Origin: Podarcis filfolensis
Taxonomy: Eukaryota
DNA: 64,000 nucleotides
Assembly (NCBI GenBank): GCA_964270895.1
Contig: OZ185446.1
Direction: 5' to 3' (one strand)
The notes under the pieces were generated by a model. It was given only the letters and a program-made list of their open reading frames with translations. It did no database searches and had not been told where the DNA came from. A program made the position numbers and the translations under genes. Shown piece after piece: positions 26,432-38,884 of the stretch (position 1 is its first letter; every line of letters begins with the position of its first letter).

Positions 26432-26504
26432 ATCAAGATCTTGGAGACAATAGCCGGAGCCTTGTGGGCAGGGGAGGTTCACCCAGAGGAAGCCTTTCAC
26501 CACG
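26432..26504 (+). CDS. MLLT10: MLLT10 exon (phase 1-2)
   Basis: ttactctgcAG| acceptor and CG|GTAAGC donor; DQDLGDNSRSLVGRGGSPRGSLSPR. Confidence 0.95.
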
Positions 26505-26814
26505 GTAAGCAGTATTTACACTCGTGAGTTAAGGCAAAGGAAATATTCTTTAAGGCATGGAAACTTTTATCTCTTATCAGCCATGCTTTCATTTAGGCTG
26601 AACAGAATTGTACAGATTTGTGTCTAGAGGGGTAAAGAAAAATGTTCCCAATATCAACTTAACAGGATTAACTAATAAAATAATATATTTTACCTCTGGT
26701 ATGAAAATGGCTTTGGGGAATTCCACATCCCTCCAATTGTTACATAATCTTGGCTCACCTATATGGCTAGTTGATTATTTGTATGTAAAATCCTGTGTAT
26801 CAGCAGCTACCAAA

Positions 26815-26818
<4 letters not shown>

Positions 26819-26872
<54 letters not shown>
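26819..26872. repeat. (TA)27 microsatellite
   Basis: Direct reading. Confidence 0.95.
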
Positions 26873-26876
<4 letters not shown>

Positions 26877-29800
26877 AAAAGAATGTTAAATGTAAACATT
26901 TTATATGTTAAATGTGTTTTTAAAATGTGTTAAAGAAAGAAAAAGATAGTTAGTTCAGGAAAAGGGAAAGTTCTTCCAAAGGCAATGAAATCTAAAATGT
27001 AGACATGACCAGAACTGAAACACTGGTCACCAGAATTTAAACACTTTATGCTGGTGTCTTTGTTTAAAGAAATAGTATTTGCTGCTATGTGTCATGTAAA
27101 GATGGTATTGCACTGCTTGTGTATTGACTTCAGTGGGGAAAAAAACATTTCATAATTATTGGTTGGCATTCTTAAACTTTTTGCTTAATGATAGAATAGC
27201 ACTATGTGCTGCTGCTGCAGTATCAGCAGTCATTTAATAAGTTGGTAATAAATAAAAAACATTGTTAGTGGAGGCATGTCAATGTCCCATATCTAATCAG
27301 AAGTGCTGTGTCATGTACAAGAGTAAATGAACTGTAAAGTGAATGTTAGTGATCTGTGGCCTGATTTTCAAGAGCTTGCAAATCCCAAAGACTGACTGAA
27401 AATATATTCATTTCTAAAGAATCAGGCCAGTATTGTCTTAGGGACAAATCCTCAAAAGTCTTATGAAGATGGACTGTGACAGATTGCAAATTAAGCCTTT
27501 TACGTATATAGATCTATTTCCTTAAACATCTTTATCTCTGTTGGAGCTGTTTGTAGGGTTCCATTGTGCATTAGTTAGTTAAAATTAAATAAAACGGATA
27601 ATGTAATATATTTTCTTATTATTAGTGTTGCAGCATACTAAGCCTTTTGATCGATTTTTTTGGTCTGGTAAACATGTGGATTATTGGAAAACTTTTTATT
27701 TAAGTATTTTTATTAGGGTCTTGTCCCTTTTCAGAACTCTTTCATAAATAGAGGAATAATAGCACAGAATACACAGAAATTCTCCTTGTTTAAGTACCAT
27801 TGATTTCACTGGAATTTAGGTTTGCTTCAGGTCTTTATGGATTATGGCCTAGCACTCAACTCTTCTTCAGATATATTTGTTATTTATGGATTATATGTAA
27901 TTATAACAAAGTGAAACATTATTAACATAGGCTTGCAAATAAAATGCTGTCTATGCTTATATGAAATAACTTGGCATATGCGCACTCCTGTAGGTATAAA
28001 ACACATGTTAAACATGTGTTTAGATTATAAGAATTTTGATTTTATGAAACCCTTCAGTTTTATCCCATTCTGTTTTATAATATACTAAAAAGGGTGCAAA
28101 ATTGTGTGTAAGACAACACATCTGTCTCTGACACTGTACATGAAACAATGGAAAGGGACAATGTATCTTTTAATCACACTCCACTATTTTATATATAAAA
28201 ACTGCCAGTTTAGATCTAGCCAGTGACCTTTGGTAAACCTAGTGCCCTGTCTAATTGTTCGGGAAATACGCAGGTATGGGATGATCTGCTCTTTGCACCT
28301 CCCCCCCCCCAATTCCTGACATTCAAAGGGTTTAGATTTAGTGCAGTCTACTAAGCATATATGCCTGTATAATGCACAATCATTAACATAGAGCTTATGC
28401 AGATCTCCCACAATGCATCCAAATAAGTGAATGGAGGTTTGTGCAGCAGTCGACTCTGCACCCTTTGAGACTATGTGCAGAAGTGCTCTGGTCACATTGG
28501 CTAATAACCACAGATTAATATGTTTAATACTGTATTTTAACCAATGTAGTATATTGCCCCACTTCTGTGATACAATTGTAGATTTAGTATACTTTGTAAG
28601 GAAGAACAATGGATTTGGTGTCATGTAATTCTTGCATTGTACTGAAGAATATATAGCAGTTTTATATCTACTTGACCCTGTTTATGATCTTATACATTTC
28701 TATACTATGAGCTCTGAATTTTCCTTCAAATGGTGTAATTCTTGATTGGATTTAATCTTGTATGGAAGATGTTGTGTATTCCAGTAGTGCTATTAAGCAT
28801 TCTATAGATATAATTTCTTATTAGAAAAAAGTCATATTTGGTATAATATGTGTACTTTCATAATGTGGATTTATACAGAATTACATAATTATTTGTGTCT
28901 TTTCTTGCCCTTAATGCTTTCTAGCATCCCATTTCACTTGACTCCAGCTCTATAGTTAGTTATCATCAAGATTTGCTTACTTAGAGGGGACCACTTACAG
29001 AATTTTAGGTTGTTTATTTTCTGGCTAGGATTTTCCCCAGCATACCCACTTGTGAAAATGAGATTTCTGTCTGCTCTTTTAACCTGTTTTGTTCTTTAAG
29101 AACAGCTTTTAACTGTTTACAAGGGTGTAAAAATGAAGTGGAATAAAAAATTATAATATACTTTTAAATCTGATCTTTGTCACTTGCCACTTGCTTTCCT
29201 TATTGAGTAATTTCACTGATAGTATCCTGCAGAAGATCTAGAGTCCAACTGAATGTTAGCTGTTTATGAAATAATTCACACTTTGTGTTCATTTCCTTTT
29301 TGCCTATTTCTTCTGATTACCAGCTTTGATTTTAAACAAAATATTTCCCAATGCAGGATGTTGCTGGTGATCTTTTCAGTACAAAAAACACGGTATATCC
29401 TATATACCAGACCAGAAAACAAGACTTTTGTGGTCTTGCTTTCTGTTACTGTGTTAGTTCTCCTGCATGTTTCTCAGCAATTCTCTTAATTTCTATGTGC
29501 TTTAAACTAGATTAAGTAAATGTGAGATGAAACTATTTTTGTTACTTGGAAATAGGGGCATAGATTCATTAGTTACATGCAGTAATAGGCTGAATATTGA
29601 ATTCCTGGTCAAACTAACAGAGATTATGCAATGTGGCAATAGGAAGAGTTGGATCCAAACCCGTTAAATTCAAAGCAGCCATGATACTGATATAAATGGT
29701 GCCACATTAAGACAGAATTTACATGTATTTTAAATAGTAGGTAGCTTTTTACATGCCCTCTACTCCAGCTAAGGCAGAGTGCTGGGGGAAATGCTTTGTG

Positions 29801-30881
29801 CTGTCATGTTCAAGAATCTATACTTGAAAACTGTGAATGTCAGAAGGAAATTGCAATATTCTTGTAATTAAGTGGACAGGAAGTATTTGAATTCACCAGC
29901 ATCTTAGGTCTATATACATTTTTAATTTTTAAGATGAATTTAAAAATGTCTGAAGTATAATTTTGATAGGAAGCTGCTGTAATGTTATCTCTCGACTCTG
30001 ACACAGGAAATGCTTGGCACTCAAAAGACTCAATGAGGTCACAGTCTTCAAAGAAATTGCAATGTGCTCTCGGTTTGTGTGTGTTAATTTTTTTTTTAAG
30101 AAACAAAAGTTTCCAAATTGTAAAAGTGTCTGTCACATTACATGCTGATCAGGATTTCCTGTTGTGACCTAAATTAGCTATACTGTCTACATGTGCCTTT
30201 AATTTCTTGCATGTCATATTGACTGCTGTTATACTTAAGGTTTTTCTTTAGTATAGTGTCTTAATCGCTTGGTTCAGTTATACAGAGATCCTATACTACA
30301 TCATACAGAAGCCTTGCCTTTTAAATAGAGATTAATAGCATGGTACATTCCTCTTTTCTTTAGCTATTCATTGGGCTAGATTCCAAAGATATTTGATGAT
30401 CAAAATATAAGCCATAAGTATTTGAATGGCACAGTCATTTTCTTCCTAAAATCTCACGCAAGAGTATTTGTGCAAAATTTCATAAACTATAGAGGACCTC
30501 AGGAATTTGACGAGTATTTTATTGACTGGCATTGTATAAAGGTGTTGCTTGTTTATATACATATATATCTTCTGTAGAGCTCTTGTAGTTGATTATATCA
30601 GCAAAACATTCCATCAGCTGATGAAGTTTGCATTCATCTGGGCACTGTTAAATTAGATTATCCAAATAAGAGAAGCTTTGTATTTTGAACAGAAATTTTC
30701 TAAGAACTGTTGTCATGCTGGGATTTTATTTTAAACCATTGTTGATGGGAGCCAGTAAGGGATCTTAAGGAATGTTGATTTGCAAGGGGTTAAGGAGCAG
30801 CTAAAGAAAGTTGATGCGTCTTTTATGTGGGGTTCTCCTCCCTCCTCTTCCTTTTAAATATAATTTATAATCTTCCTACAG

Positions 30882-31036
30882 GTCGCCTGTAAGTAATTTA
30901 CAGATTCGTTATGATCAGCCAGGGAATAGCAATGTGGAGCATTTGCCCCCGGTACCAGTTACTATAGAGCAACTTCTGGAGAGGCAATGGAGTGAAGGGC
31001 AACAGTTCTTGCTAGAACAGGGCACCCCTAGTGACA
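30882..31036 (+). CDS. MLLT10: MLLT10 exon with octapeptide motif EQLLERQW (phase 2-1)
   Basis: tcttcctacAG| acceptor and A|GTAAGT donor; SPVSNLQIRYDQPGNSNVEHLPPVPVTIEQLLERQWSEGQQFLLEQGTPSD. Confidence 0.97.
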
Positions 31037-31330
31037 GTAAGTACTTCATACTGTCTTGCCTGTTTCAAACACTGAACATTGTTAACCATGTATGGCCCCA
31101 TTTATGTAATATCCAACAGAGAAATGTTTTCTGGTGAGTATGGGTTAATTATGTTTGAACAGTGATAAACATTGCTAAAGCATAATAATGTGTTTAAACA
31201 TGGTTCTGGCAGCTTCTCCCCATCTTGGAATGAAAAAATGCTTGCCTAAAATGTTGGCCAATGACATTTTGCTCCAGAACCTTGACAACGGGGGAGATCT
31301 GGTTAGTGGGTTACAGCAGATGTGGGAACA

Positions 31331-31334
<4 letters not shown>

Positions 31335-31375
<41 letters not shown>

Positions 31376-31394
31376 GAAGAAGAAGAAGAAGAAG
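31335..31394. repeat. Compound (ATT)13(AAG)7 microsatellite
   Basis: Direct reading. Confidence 0.95.
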
Positions 31395-32826
31395 TTATAT
31401 ATGTGGTCTAAATGATTGCCTGAGCCCCTTTTGAGAAGTGATTTTCTATTTGTAATCCAAGCATTTAAATTTTTGGAATGGTAAAATTAATATTTTTAAA
31501 CAATTAACAAAAAAAATTGACCATGCTTCCCTGGTTGTTGATAGTGAGAGAAGTGCCATCTAGTTGGTATTTTTTTTTTTTTATGAATGGTACCCTGACA
31601 AAAATGCTAATTGTGAGGAAATTCATGCAGGGATAATCCTTTAAACATGATAGCTGGAGGACAGGTTTAGCTAAGTCTTATTGCATCTCATTTGGGCACA
31701 CTGAGAGTTCCTTTGTATGTTCTTGAAGAGGAGGGATAAAAAAGCTAAATCCTTGGGAAATGACCAGATGTGCCTGTACCAGTAGCCTGGCGTCTGTATT
31801 AGGCCCAGAGGTCACGTTGAACAAGTACAATTTACAATTTAAAAAGTAGCTTTTACCGTGTTTTAATCGCTAAACTATCTTGCATGCGGGCTGATGCGAA
31901 AGTCCCAAAATTCACCCAAAATCCAAATTTGAGGGTAGAGAAGATGGTATTTGGCTGAGGAGGTGCTTTAACTGCAGGGAGAGGGCAGAGACTGCAGGGT
32001 TCCTCCTGCTCCCTGCTGGGTGCTCTTTAGAGGGACATTGAAAGCAGCTGGAGTCTGTTGATTTAAAAGCAATAAAAACAGAGTAAAAGTTTTCATTGAT
32101 TACATAAATTTGCAGGTTTTTTGGCCAATGAGTCAACAAATCAGCCCCCCCCAAAAAAAATTGAAAAAGAAAACCCTACAAAACTGTTCTGTGAGAGCAT
32201 AATAGCATTTAAAACTTTTGTACAACCCAAACTGAGTATCTTTTTCTTGAACAATTACTTGGCAGTGGAGGCTCCTGAAGGAATCTTTCCTTTAGAAAAG
32301 TGATGGTAAACTGAAAGTGTGTGCGCTGCCATTTGTTTATGGCCATTGGTAGGGACAAATGAGAGTGGGTTACAAAATTCTTTGTGCATTAAGCCGGGTA
32401 CAGGAGTCAGACTTTGTCCTCTGAAATATGTGTGTCATATTAAGAAGCTTATGCACTTGGGGCTTGCAGAATATGTGACTGCACAGGCATGCACTGGGTT
32501 ACCTGGAGGATATACACTAAGCAGAGATGGGGATAAACAGATGTGTATGAATTGACCCCTGTAGTTCTCACCATGCCTAACTTCAAAGGGAATTTAGAGC
32601 ACTTTTCACCTCTTTGCCTATCTTTCTGATAAGGACATATCTTAAAAAGAAGTTACTAGAGAAGTAAAAAGGTTCTCTCTAATAACTGATTTGCTAGTGG
32701 TGTCTTAGATTTTTTAAAAAAAAATTATTCCAAGCCGGAACAATGTATGCAGTTATTATGTTAAGAAATAGCACCTTTAATTAGAATTTTTCAGGGACTT
32801 GGATTGATTGGTCGTATTTTGGTCAG

Positions 32827-33015
32827 TTTTAGGTATGCTGAAGTCATTGCACCAGCTTCAAGTTGAGAACCGACGCTTAGAAGAACAGATTAAAAACCTG
32901 ACTGCTAAAAAGGAACGCCTCCAGCTACTAAATGCCCAGCTTTCAGTTCCTTTCCCAACAATAACCTGCAATCCGAGTCCTTCACATCAAATACATGCAT
33001 TTTCAGCTCAGGCTG
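32827..33015 (+). CDS. MLLT10: MLLT10 leucine-zipper exon (DOT1L-binding OM-LZ region; phase 1-1)
   Basis: ttttggtcAG| acceptor and G|GTAAGG donor; ILGMLKSLHQLQVENRRLEEQIKNLTAKKERLQLLNAQLSVPFP...SAQA. Confidence 0.96.
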
Positions 33016-33437
33016 GTAAGGCAACAGAAGTAGTTTTTGTTTTTAATGTAGAGCTCTGTCACAACTTCCAGAAAGCTTTTGGCCTCTTACCATTGCCTGT
33101 TATCTGTATGAGAAGGAAGTAAATTGAATGTTTCTACTGTTTTTATTCTGTATTTTGACCTGTAAAATCAGTAATTTCTGAGAACACTTTTAAAGAGACT
33201 ATATGTTGGCCAGGTGAAACTTAGAGATGAAATTAATTTAAGTACTTCTGCTGGCTGTGGATTCATATTGAACAGCAAAAAAAGCAGAAGTAGATCACTG
33301 TTAGTCCATATATTTAATATAACATTAATTCACTTTTATTTAAGTGTTCCACATTGAATTAGGTTTTATGCCTTTTGGGTGCAGAAACAGAGATTTTCTC
33401 ACACTCTCGTTTGTTTGTTTTTAACTCCTGCTTTTAG

Positions 33438-33526
33438 CTGCTAGCACTGATTCTTTGAACAGCAGCAAGAGCCCTCATCTGGGAAGCACCTTTCTACCTG
33501 ACAATTCCCTTCCCGTATTAAATCAG
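33438..33526 (+). CDS. MLLT10: MLLT10 exon (phase 1-0)
   Basis: ctgcttttAG| acceptor and CAG|GTACTG donor; AASTDSLNSSKSPHLGSTFLPDNSLPVLNQ. Confidence 0.94.
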
Positions 33527-33641
33527 GTACTGTTTGTTTTCTTTTCCATGCATTCTAAGACTTCTGCTAGGTTAATAGTGCATCTCGATTATTTGCTTTT
33601 GTGTGAAGTTTGATGCAGCTGAGCCTTTGTGTTTTCACTAG

Positions 33642-33997
33642 GAGATCAACTCCAGTGGACAAAGCACCAGTAGCTCCTCTGCTCTTTCCACTCCCCCACC
33701 TGCTGGGCAAAGTCCAGCTCAGCAAGGCACCGGAGTCGCAGGAGTTCAACAGGTCAATGGCGTGACAGTGGGGGCACTTGCCGGCGGAATGCAAACTGTA
33801 ACATCCACCATTCCTGCCGCCGTTGGTGGAATAATTGGAGCTCTGCCAGGTAACCAGCTGGCAATCAATGGAATTGTTGGGGCTTTAAATGGGGTAATTC
33901 AGACTCCTGCCACAATATCGCAGAACCCTTCTCCTCTCGCTCACGCAACTGGGCCACCAAACACAGCACATCCTCTGCCAACTACACTGAGTAGCAG
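33642..33997 (+). CDS. MLLT10: MLLT10 exon (phase 0-2)
   Basis: gttttcactAG| acceptor and AG|GTAAGC donor; EINSSGQSTSSSSALSTPPPAGQSPAQQG...GIIGALPGNQLAINGIVGALNGV...TLSS. Confidence 0.96.
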
Positions 33998-35479
33998 GTA
34001 AGCCTTTGCTCTTGTTTGTCTTTTTGGCTCATATTTGATATCCCCCCCCTTTCCTTTTTTAAGTCTGTCTAAAATAACTGCTTTTTCTTGAAGGTACTGA
34101 GGGAAGAGCTTAAAAATAGTGAAATGCTTACTGTGTTCAAATTTCCTTTTGCATGTGAATAGGAAACTTAAGCAGTCATTCTCTCTTGCAGCAGCTGACT
34201 CCTAAAACATAGGATTAATTTCTATGATTTTGTTTTGAGCATGGAGTGTGTGTTCATCTGTGCATGTTCTTGTTTTTGTTTTTTGAACAGTCGACTTCAC
34301 AGTTTAGATGCTTTCTCCCAAGTTCTCCTCTTAACCGTCTGCACTGCCACAATATGCTCCCTCCAGCTTAGCTTGGGGGCTTATACCGCATGAGTTGACT
34401 GTACAACGGGATATGTGATGCAGCTGTTCTATTTCCATGACATGCTCTAAAGTTGCCATGTTCCTTAGTTCATCAGGCTGTTGAAATGGCTAGCCATAAG
34501 GGACAAAATTCTGCTGATTGTGCTTCTGGTCCTCTGTTCAGTCACCTGGGTTTTACACCTGGACAGATTTTGTTTTGGAAAAATCTAGAACTAGGCTTGC
34601 ATTTTGGCAGACTGATTTCCCCTACTGTCTGTACATGCTCTAAGTATATGTTCCCACTCAGTTCCTTTTTGACTGCTACAACAGTAACACCATATGAAAC
34701 ACTCTGTTTGGTTAGCATCTATCTCAGTGTATTGGATAACTTCATTTATCCTGTGTTTTGCATTGGCATATTTATTTTTCTTCACTGTACTTTCTGTGCC
34801 CTGTCTTTTTCTTTAGCATATTGCTTTAAAGGCAGCCCCTTTCCATAAGTATCTGTCTTGCATTGGCGAGGGAAGGAACACTTTTGACTAAGCAGCCACT
34901 CTTTTGGCCTTCTCAGTCCATAAGGCCATGTTGTTGAGACCTGGGAGCAGTTGCCCATTGTAAACAGCATTCAGTGTGTTTTTTTCTAGAAAGTGCAGGA
35001 TGAGTGCAGGTACTTTTTCAAACTTGCAAGTAAGCATTAGGAAGTCATCCTTCTCTCCCACCGCTGGGTTTTTGTGCATGCAAAATGTGGGTGAGAAGAA
35101 GTCCTGCATTTGGTTTTGCAAGTATGCAAAAGGAAAAAAGGAAAAAAAGAACTACTGCTAATTTGTCTTCAGAATTCAGGGGGGATTAAGTACTTCCCTT
35201 GTTTGGCTGCATTTATACTTGGATCTGTAAAAGTAATCTGAAATGACAAGAACGCCAGTTTTGTTTTTCCTAAGTTAAGATACATCAAAGTTTTAAAATA
35301 ATTTTAGTGAGATGTATAATCAAATGCATCTAGGCACATGCATGTTACCGGTAATCTGCATATATTTAATGTTTTAGATTTTTTTTAAACTTTTGCTGAA
35401 AGTGTGCTATAAAAATGATCAAGGAGCTAATTCACCAGATAAATGCATTTCCAGTTAAGAGTTTGTTGGTAATTTGCAG

Positions 35480-35582
35480 TGCTTCTGGACTTGGGTTTCT
35501 TCCGGAGCAACAGAGACAACTCCTGCTACATCAACAGCACCAGCAATTTCAGCAGTTACTGAATACTCAACAATTCACACCA
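35480..35582 (+). CDS. MLLT10: MLLT10 Q-rich exon (phase 2-0)
   Basis: aatttgcAG| acceptor and CCA|GTGAGT donor; SASGLGFLPEQQRQLLLHQQHQQFQQLLNTQQFTP. Confidence 0.95.
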
Positions 35583-37343
35583 GTGAGTCTTTTTTTATTG
35601 TCCCTTTTATTTCCAGAGTTTGGGGGCAAGTGTTGATGTTTATGTAGCTAGTTTGGGTCTTGTTCTAAATCTTGTCACAAGCTTCAAAAAGGTGCTCACA
35701 GAGAGAGACCCAGGAAAAATTATAGAACTGTTTTTAATAAGAGAAGCACGAAAGGCTGCTTGAGCTTTAAGCAGTTCAGAATCTTGGATGAGAAGAAGTA
35801 GATGGCCAGATGCATTTTGGTGCCTGAGGTATCATCAAAAGGACTTTCGTAAAAATCAACAACACCTAAATCGAAGTGAAGTCAAACTGCTGTGTTAGCA
35901 GCACTGAAGTGACCTCCCCCGGGTGCAGGCCTGGGCAGTGTGTGTGTTTGAGTGGAGGTCCTCAGATGACAAGACCCCCCTCAGCCTCTCTGATGTGGTC
36001 CAAAGGAAAGCAGAGCAATACATTTAGCACCAGCTTGGCTGGAGGAGTTGCTGGAAGGAAGCATGCAAGGCACTATCCAACCATATCACAAAATTGCCAC
36101 CTCTTTGCCAAGGGCCAACCATACCTTCAGTTGTACAGATGTGGACGTTGGAACAAATGTAATTCCAACAACTCACCACATAAGCCATGCATGCCTCCCA
36201 TAACTCTAGAAGAGCAAAGACAGTGCCCCATGGCTGTGCCTGTCCCATTCCTTCCAACCCGTCACTAACTATCTCCCATTTATTGGAGAAAAGAGGGATG
36301 GCTCACTTTGCTCCACAGGAAGTGGAGTGGGGTCAGACTGGAAGAGGAGATGGTCTCCTCAACCTCTTTTGCTACTGCAGAACTGTTACGACATGCATCA
36401 ACCTGGAAGGATTTCTCTTCAGCTTGAAAGATGCTTATGGCATTGGTACAAAATAAGAGGCAACGATATTCTTGAGAGATTTGTAGACATACAAACTTGC
36501 AGGCACATAGTGTTCTCTTTCACATGCATACATTTTTGAACAGGGTACCAGGATGTGGGGGTAGACTATAAGCACCCTGAAGCTAATCATTTACATTCAC
36601 AATCCAGTATCAACTGAAGACAGATACACAAGTAATGTTTTATCGTATAGCTCTTTAGAAAGGTGCTTACTAGATCCTGCCACCTGTTAGTTCTCCAAAA
36701 GAAGTTTTTTCATTTAGCTTCTGACACAAATGCTTTTGCTTTGTACATCCAAAGTCTACTCTGTTGAAAAGGAGAAAGAAAATGTATACTGGATTCTTGG
36801 ATTGGCTTAGTCAGGAAGAAGACAGGGGCTTTCAGATATCTCTGTTGCACTACCCTTTAAAGTTTACTCTCCCCTAGATTTGTAGTCCACAGCATGACTT
36901 TCTGCTTTTCCTGGTTCACATCTTTGTTTCTGCATCCCACTTGTCTGCTCAAAGTTGTGTTTTGGTTCTTGCAATAAATTTATTCAATGCCTGCCAGTAT
37001 GCTTCATACTTAAGCAGGGATGTGAACTGGACTTCCCTGTATCAAAGCTCTGCTCTTAAGTGTGGCAAAACATTAGTTCTGAGCAGGCAAGGGACCTCTC
37101 TACCAACAGCAGCTTTAAGACGCTAGTTCTGGTTGTTCCTCTGCCTTGAAGCTGTGGAAGAGTCAACTACAGTCATTTTAAATCTAAACTACAGAAAAGT
37201 GTGTGTAAATCCTGGATAAGGGAGGAGTTAATTCACTCACAAGTTTAGTTTTCACCAGTTTTGACTACTCATTTTTCTGAATGGAAGAAGAAACGTGTTC
37301 ACCCATAAAATGACTAAAACTGTCCTTCTCTGTTGTACTTGAG

Positions 37344-37541
37344 GAACAGCACCAGGCTCTTCTGTATCAACTAGTTCAGCAGCAACACCACCAGCCTGAA
37401 GTACAACAATTGCAGATTTCTGGAGCAACACAGATTCCCATCAATAACTTGCTGGCAGGCAATCAGGCATCCCCACTTCATACAGCTACGAGTAACCCAT
37501 TCCTTACCATTCATGGGGATAATACAGCTCAAAAAGTAACT
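37344..37541 (+). CDS. MLLT10: MLLT10 penultimate exon (phase 0-0)
   Basis: tgttgtacttgAG| acceptor and ACT|GTAAGT donor; EQHQALLYQLVQQQHHQPEVQQLQISGATQIPINNLLAG...NPFLTIHGDNTAQKVT. Confidence 0.95.
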
Positions 37542-38839
37542 GTAAGTATATATGTGTACTGCTCATATAAGCAAATTCAAGTGCAGCAGAAGGTCTTAAC
37601 TAGGTAAAGGTTAAAAATACCAACACCAAGGGAAATGTTTATATTAAAGATTAAATGAAGAGAGGAAATCCTGTTCAGCTACAAGGGTATGACTGAAATG
37701 AGTGGCTTTAACTGTCACATCTACTTTGGCACCCAGTCCTTCGACTGAGAGCCCCTCTGGTCCCTGCCTGGTAAAGCCTTCAAGCTCACCCCTCACTAGA
37801 ATAATGTTGCAGGATAATCAGCAGCTCTCCTACTTTTCCAGGGGACAGCAAGGGCATTTGCTGCTACAGTTGCACTTGTGTGTGTGCCATTGCTGTGTTT
37901 CGACCACATGCTGCTAGTTGTTGCTTTGTACCAGCTGTGGGGGTATTTTTGCGCTTTTAGCACCATCTAGTTACAATACTCTTCAATAAACTGCTGGAAG
38001 ACCCACAGCATAGTGAACTCTAGCACTGGAACATTAGCACGAGAGAGGAAAGAACCATCTTTCTACGTTGGCATTGCCCATTACTGTTGTCTAGCTTTCT
38101 AAATTTCACTGTTAAATTTATTTTTTCAGAAAAGCTGTGTATGCTGTTCCTTTGATAGGACTTGGCTCAATAACATTACCTTCCTGTCTTAGCAATGAAC
38201 CACTGCTTTTAAATAGGGCTAGCCACCAATTTTAAAGAGTTAGTAACCAATCAGCAATTACCTGATCAATTAATCAGTATTGCAGATTATTTGCATATTT
38301 CCCAAAACTCATTGAATGTGATATTTAGTGACAGAAACAAATAGGGAAGGCCGTTTTTAGTATTCTCTCCCCCTCCTTTATTTCCTCACATACCAAACCC
38401 AAACTATCTGTAAAGGTGCTGCTTCTCAGTTGGAACAGTAGAAGTAAATGAACAGTGAATACATCTGCATTCATTATTTCATAATGAAATGTGTGCTTTG
38501 TTTCCTAAAAATCCTGTAGATATTAATTCAAATTTTGTGTACTGTGGAGAAAACATAAACTGGCTGAATCCAGAAGCAGCTTATGAGAGCTTTTAGGTGG
38601 TGGTTTGCTCCCCCCCCCTTAGTGAGGGGAGTGCAGGCTGGAGACCAAATGTCATCCTTTCATGTCAAAAGTTTTCATTTTATGTTGCTTCTCAACCTTA
38701 GGAAGTTTTGCCATACGTAAAAACAACAAAACATCTCTCTCTTTTGATGCATTACCATTTTGTTTTAGCGTTTTTTTTAAAAAACCCTGATAATGTGACA
38801 CAATTGTAAGCTGGCATGACATGTTGATTTCGTCTCCAG

Positions 38840-38884
38840 AGACTCAATGATAAAAGTGGACCAGTTGCACCGGAAAAGAATTGA
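38840..38884 (+). CDS. MLLT10: MLLT10 terminal coding exon
   Basis: ttcgtctccAG| acceptor; RLNDKSGPVAPEKN* (human C-terminus recalled as RLSDKTGPVAQEKS*). Confidence 0.94.
   Translation, partial: RLNDKSGPVAPEKN

Noticed and set aside
30612-30624. CTGATGA as a hammerhead core or C-box
   Set aside because: It is part of a 12-bp palindrome (CATCAGCTGATG); I found no properly spaced GAAA with stems, nor a D-box with terminal stem.
35583-35636. Intron read-through VSLFLLSLLFPEFGGKC* as the alternative C-terminus
   Set aside because: The GTGAGT donor is strong and the peptide has no similarity to known isoform ends; the internal acceptor at 37459 explains the known variant better.
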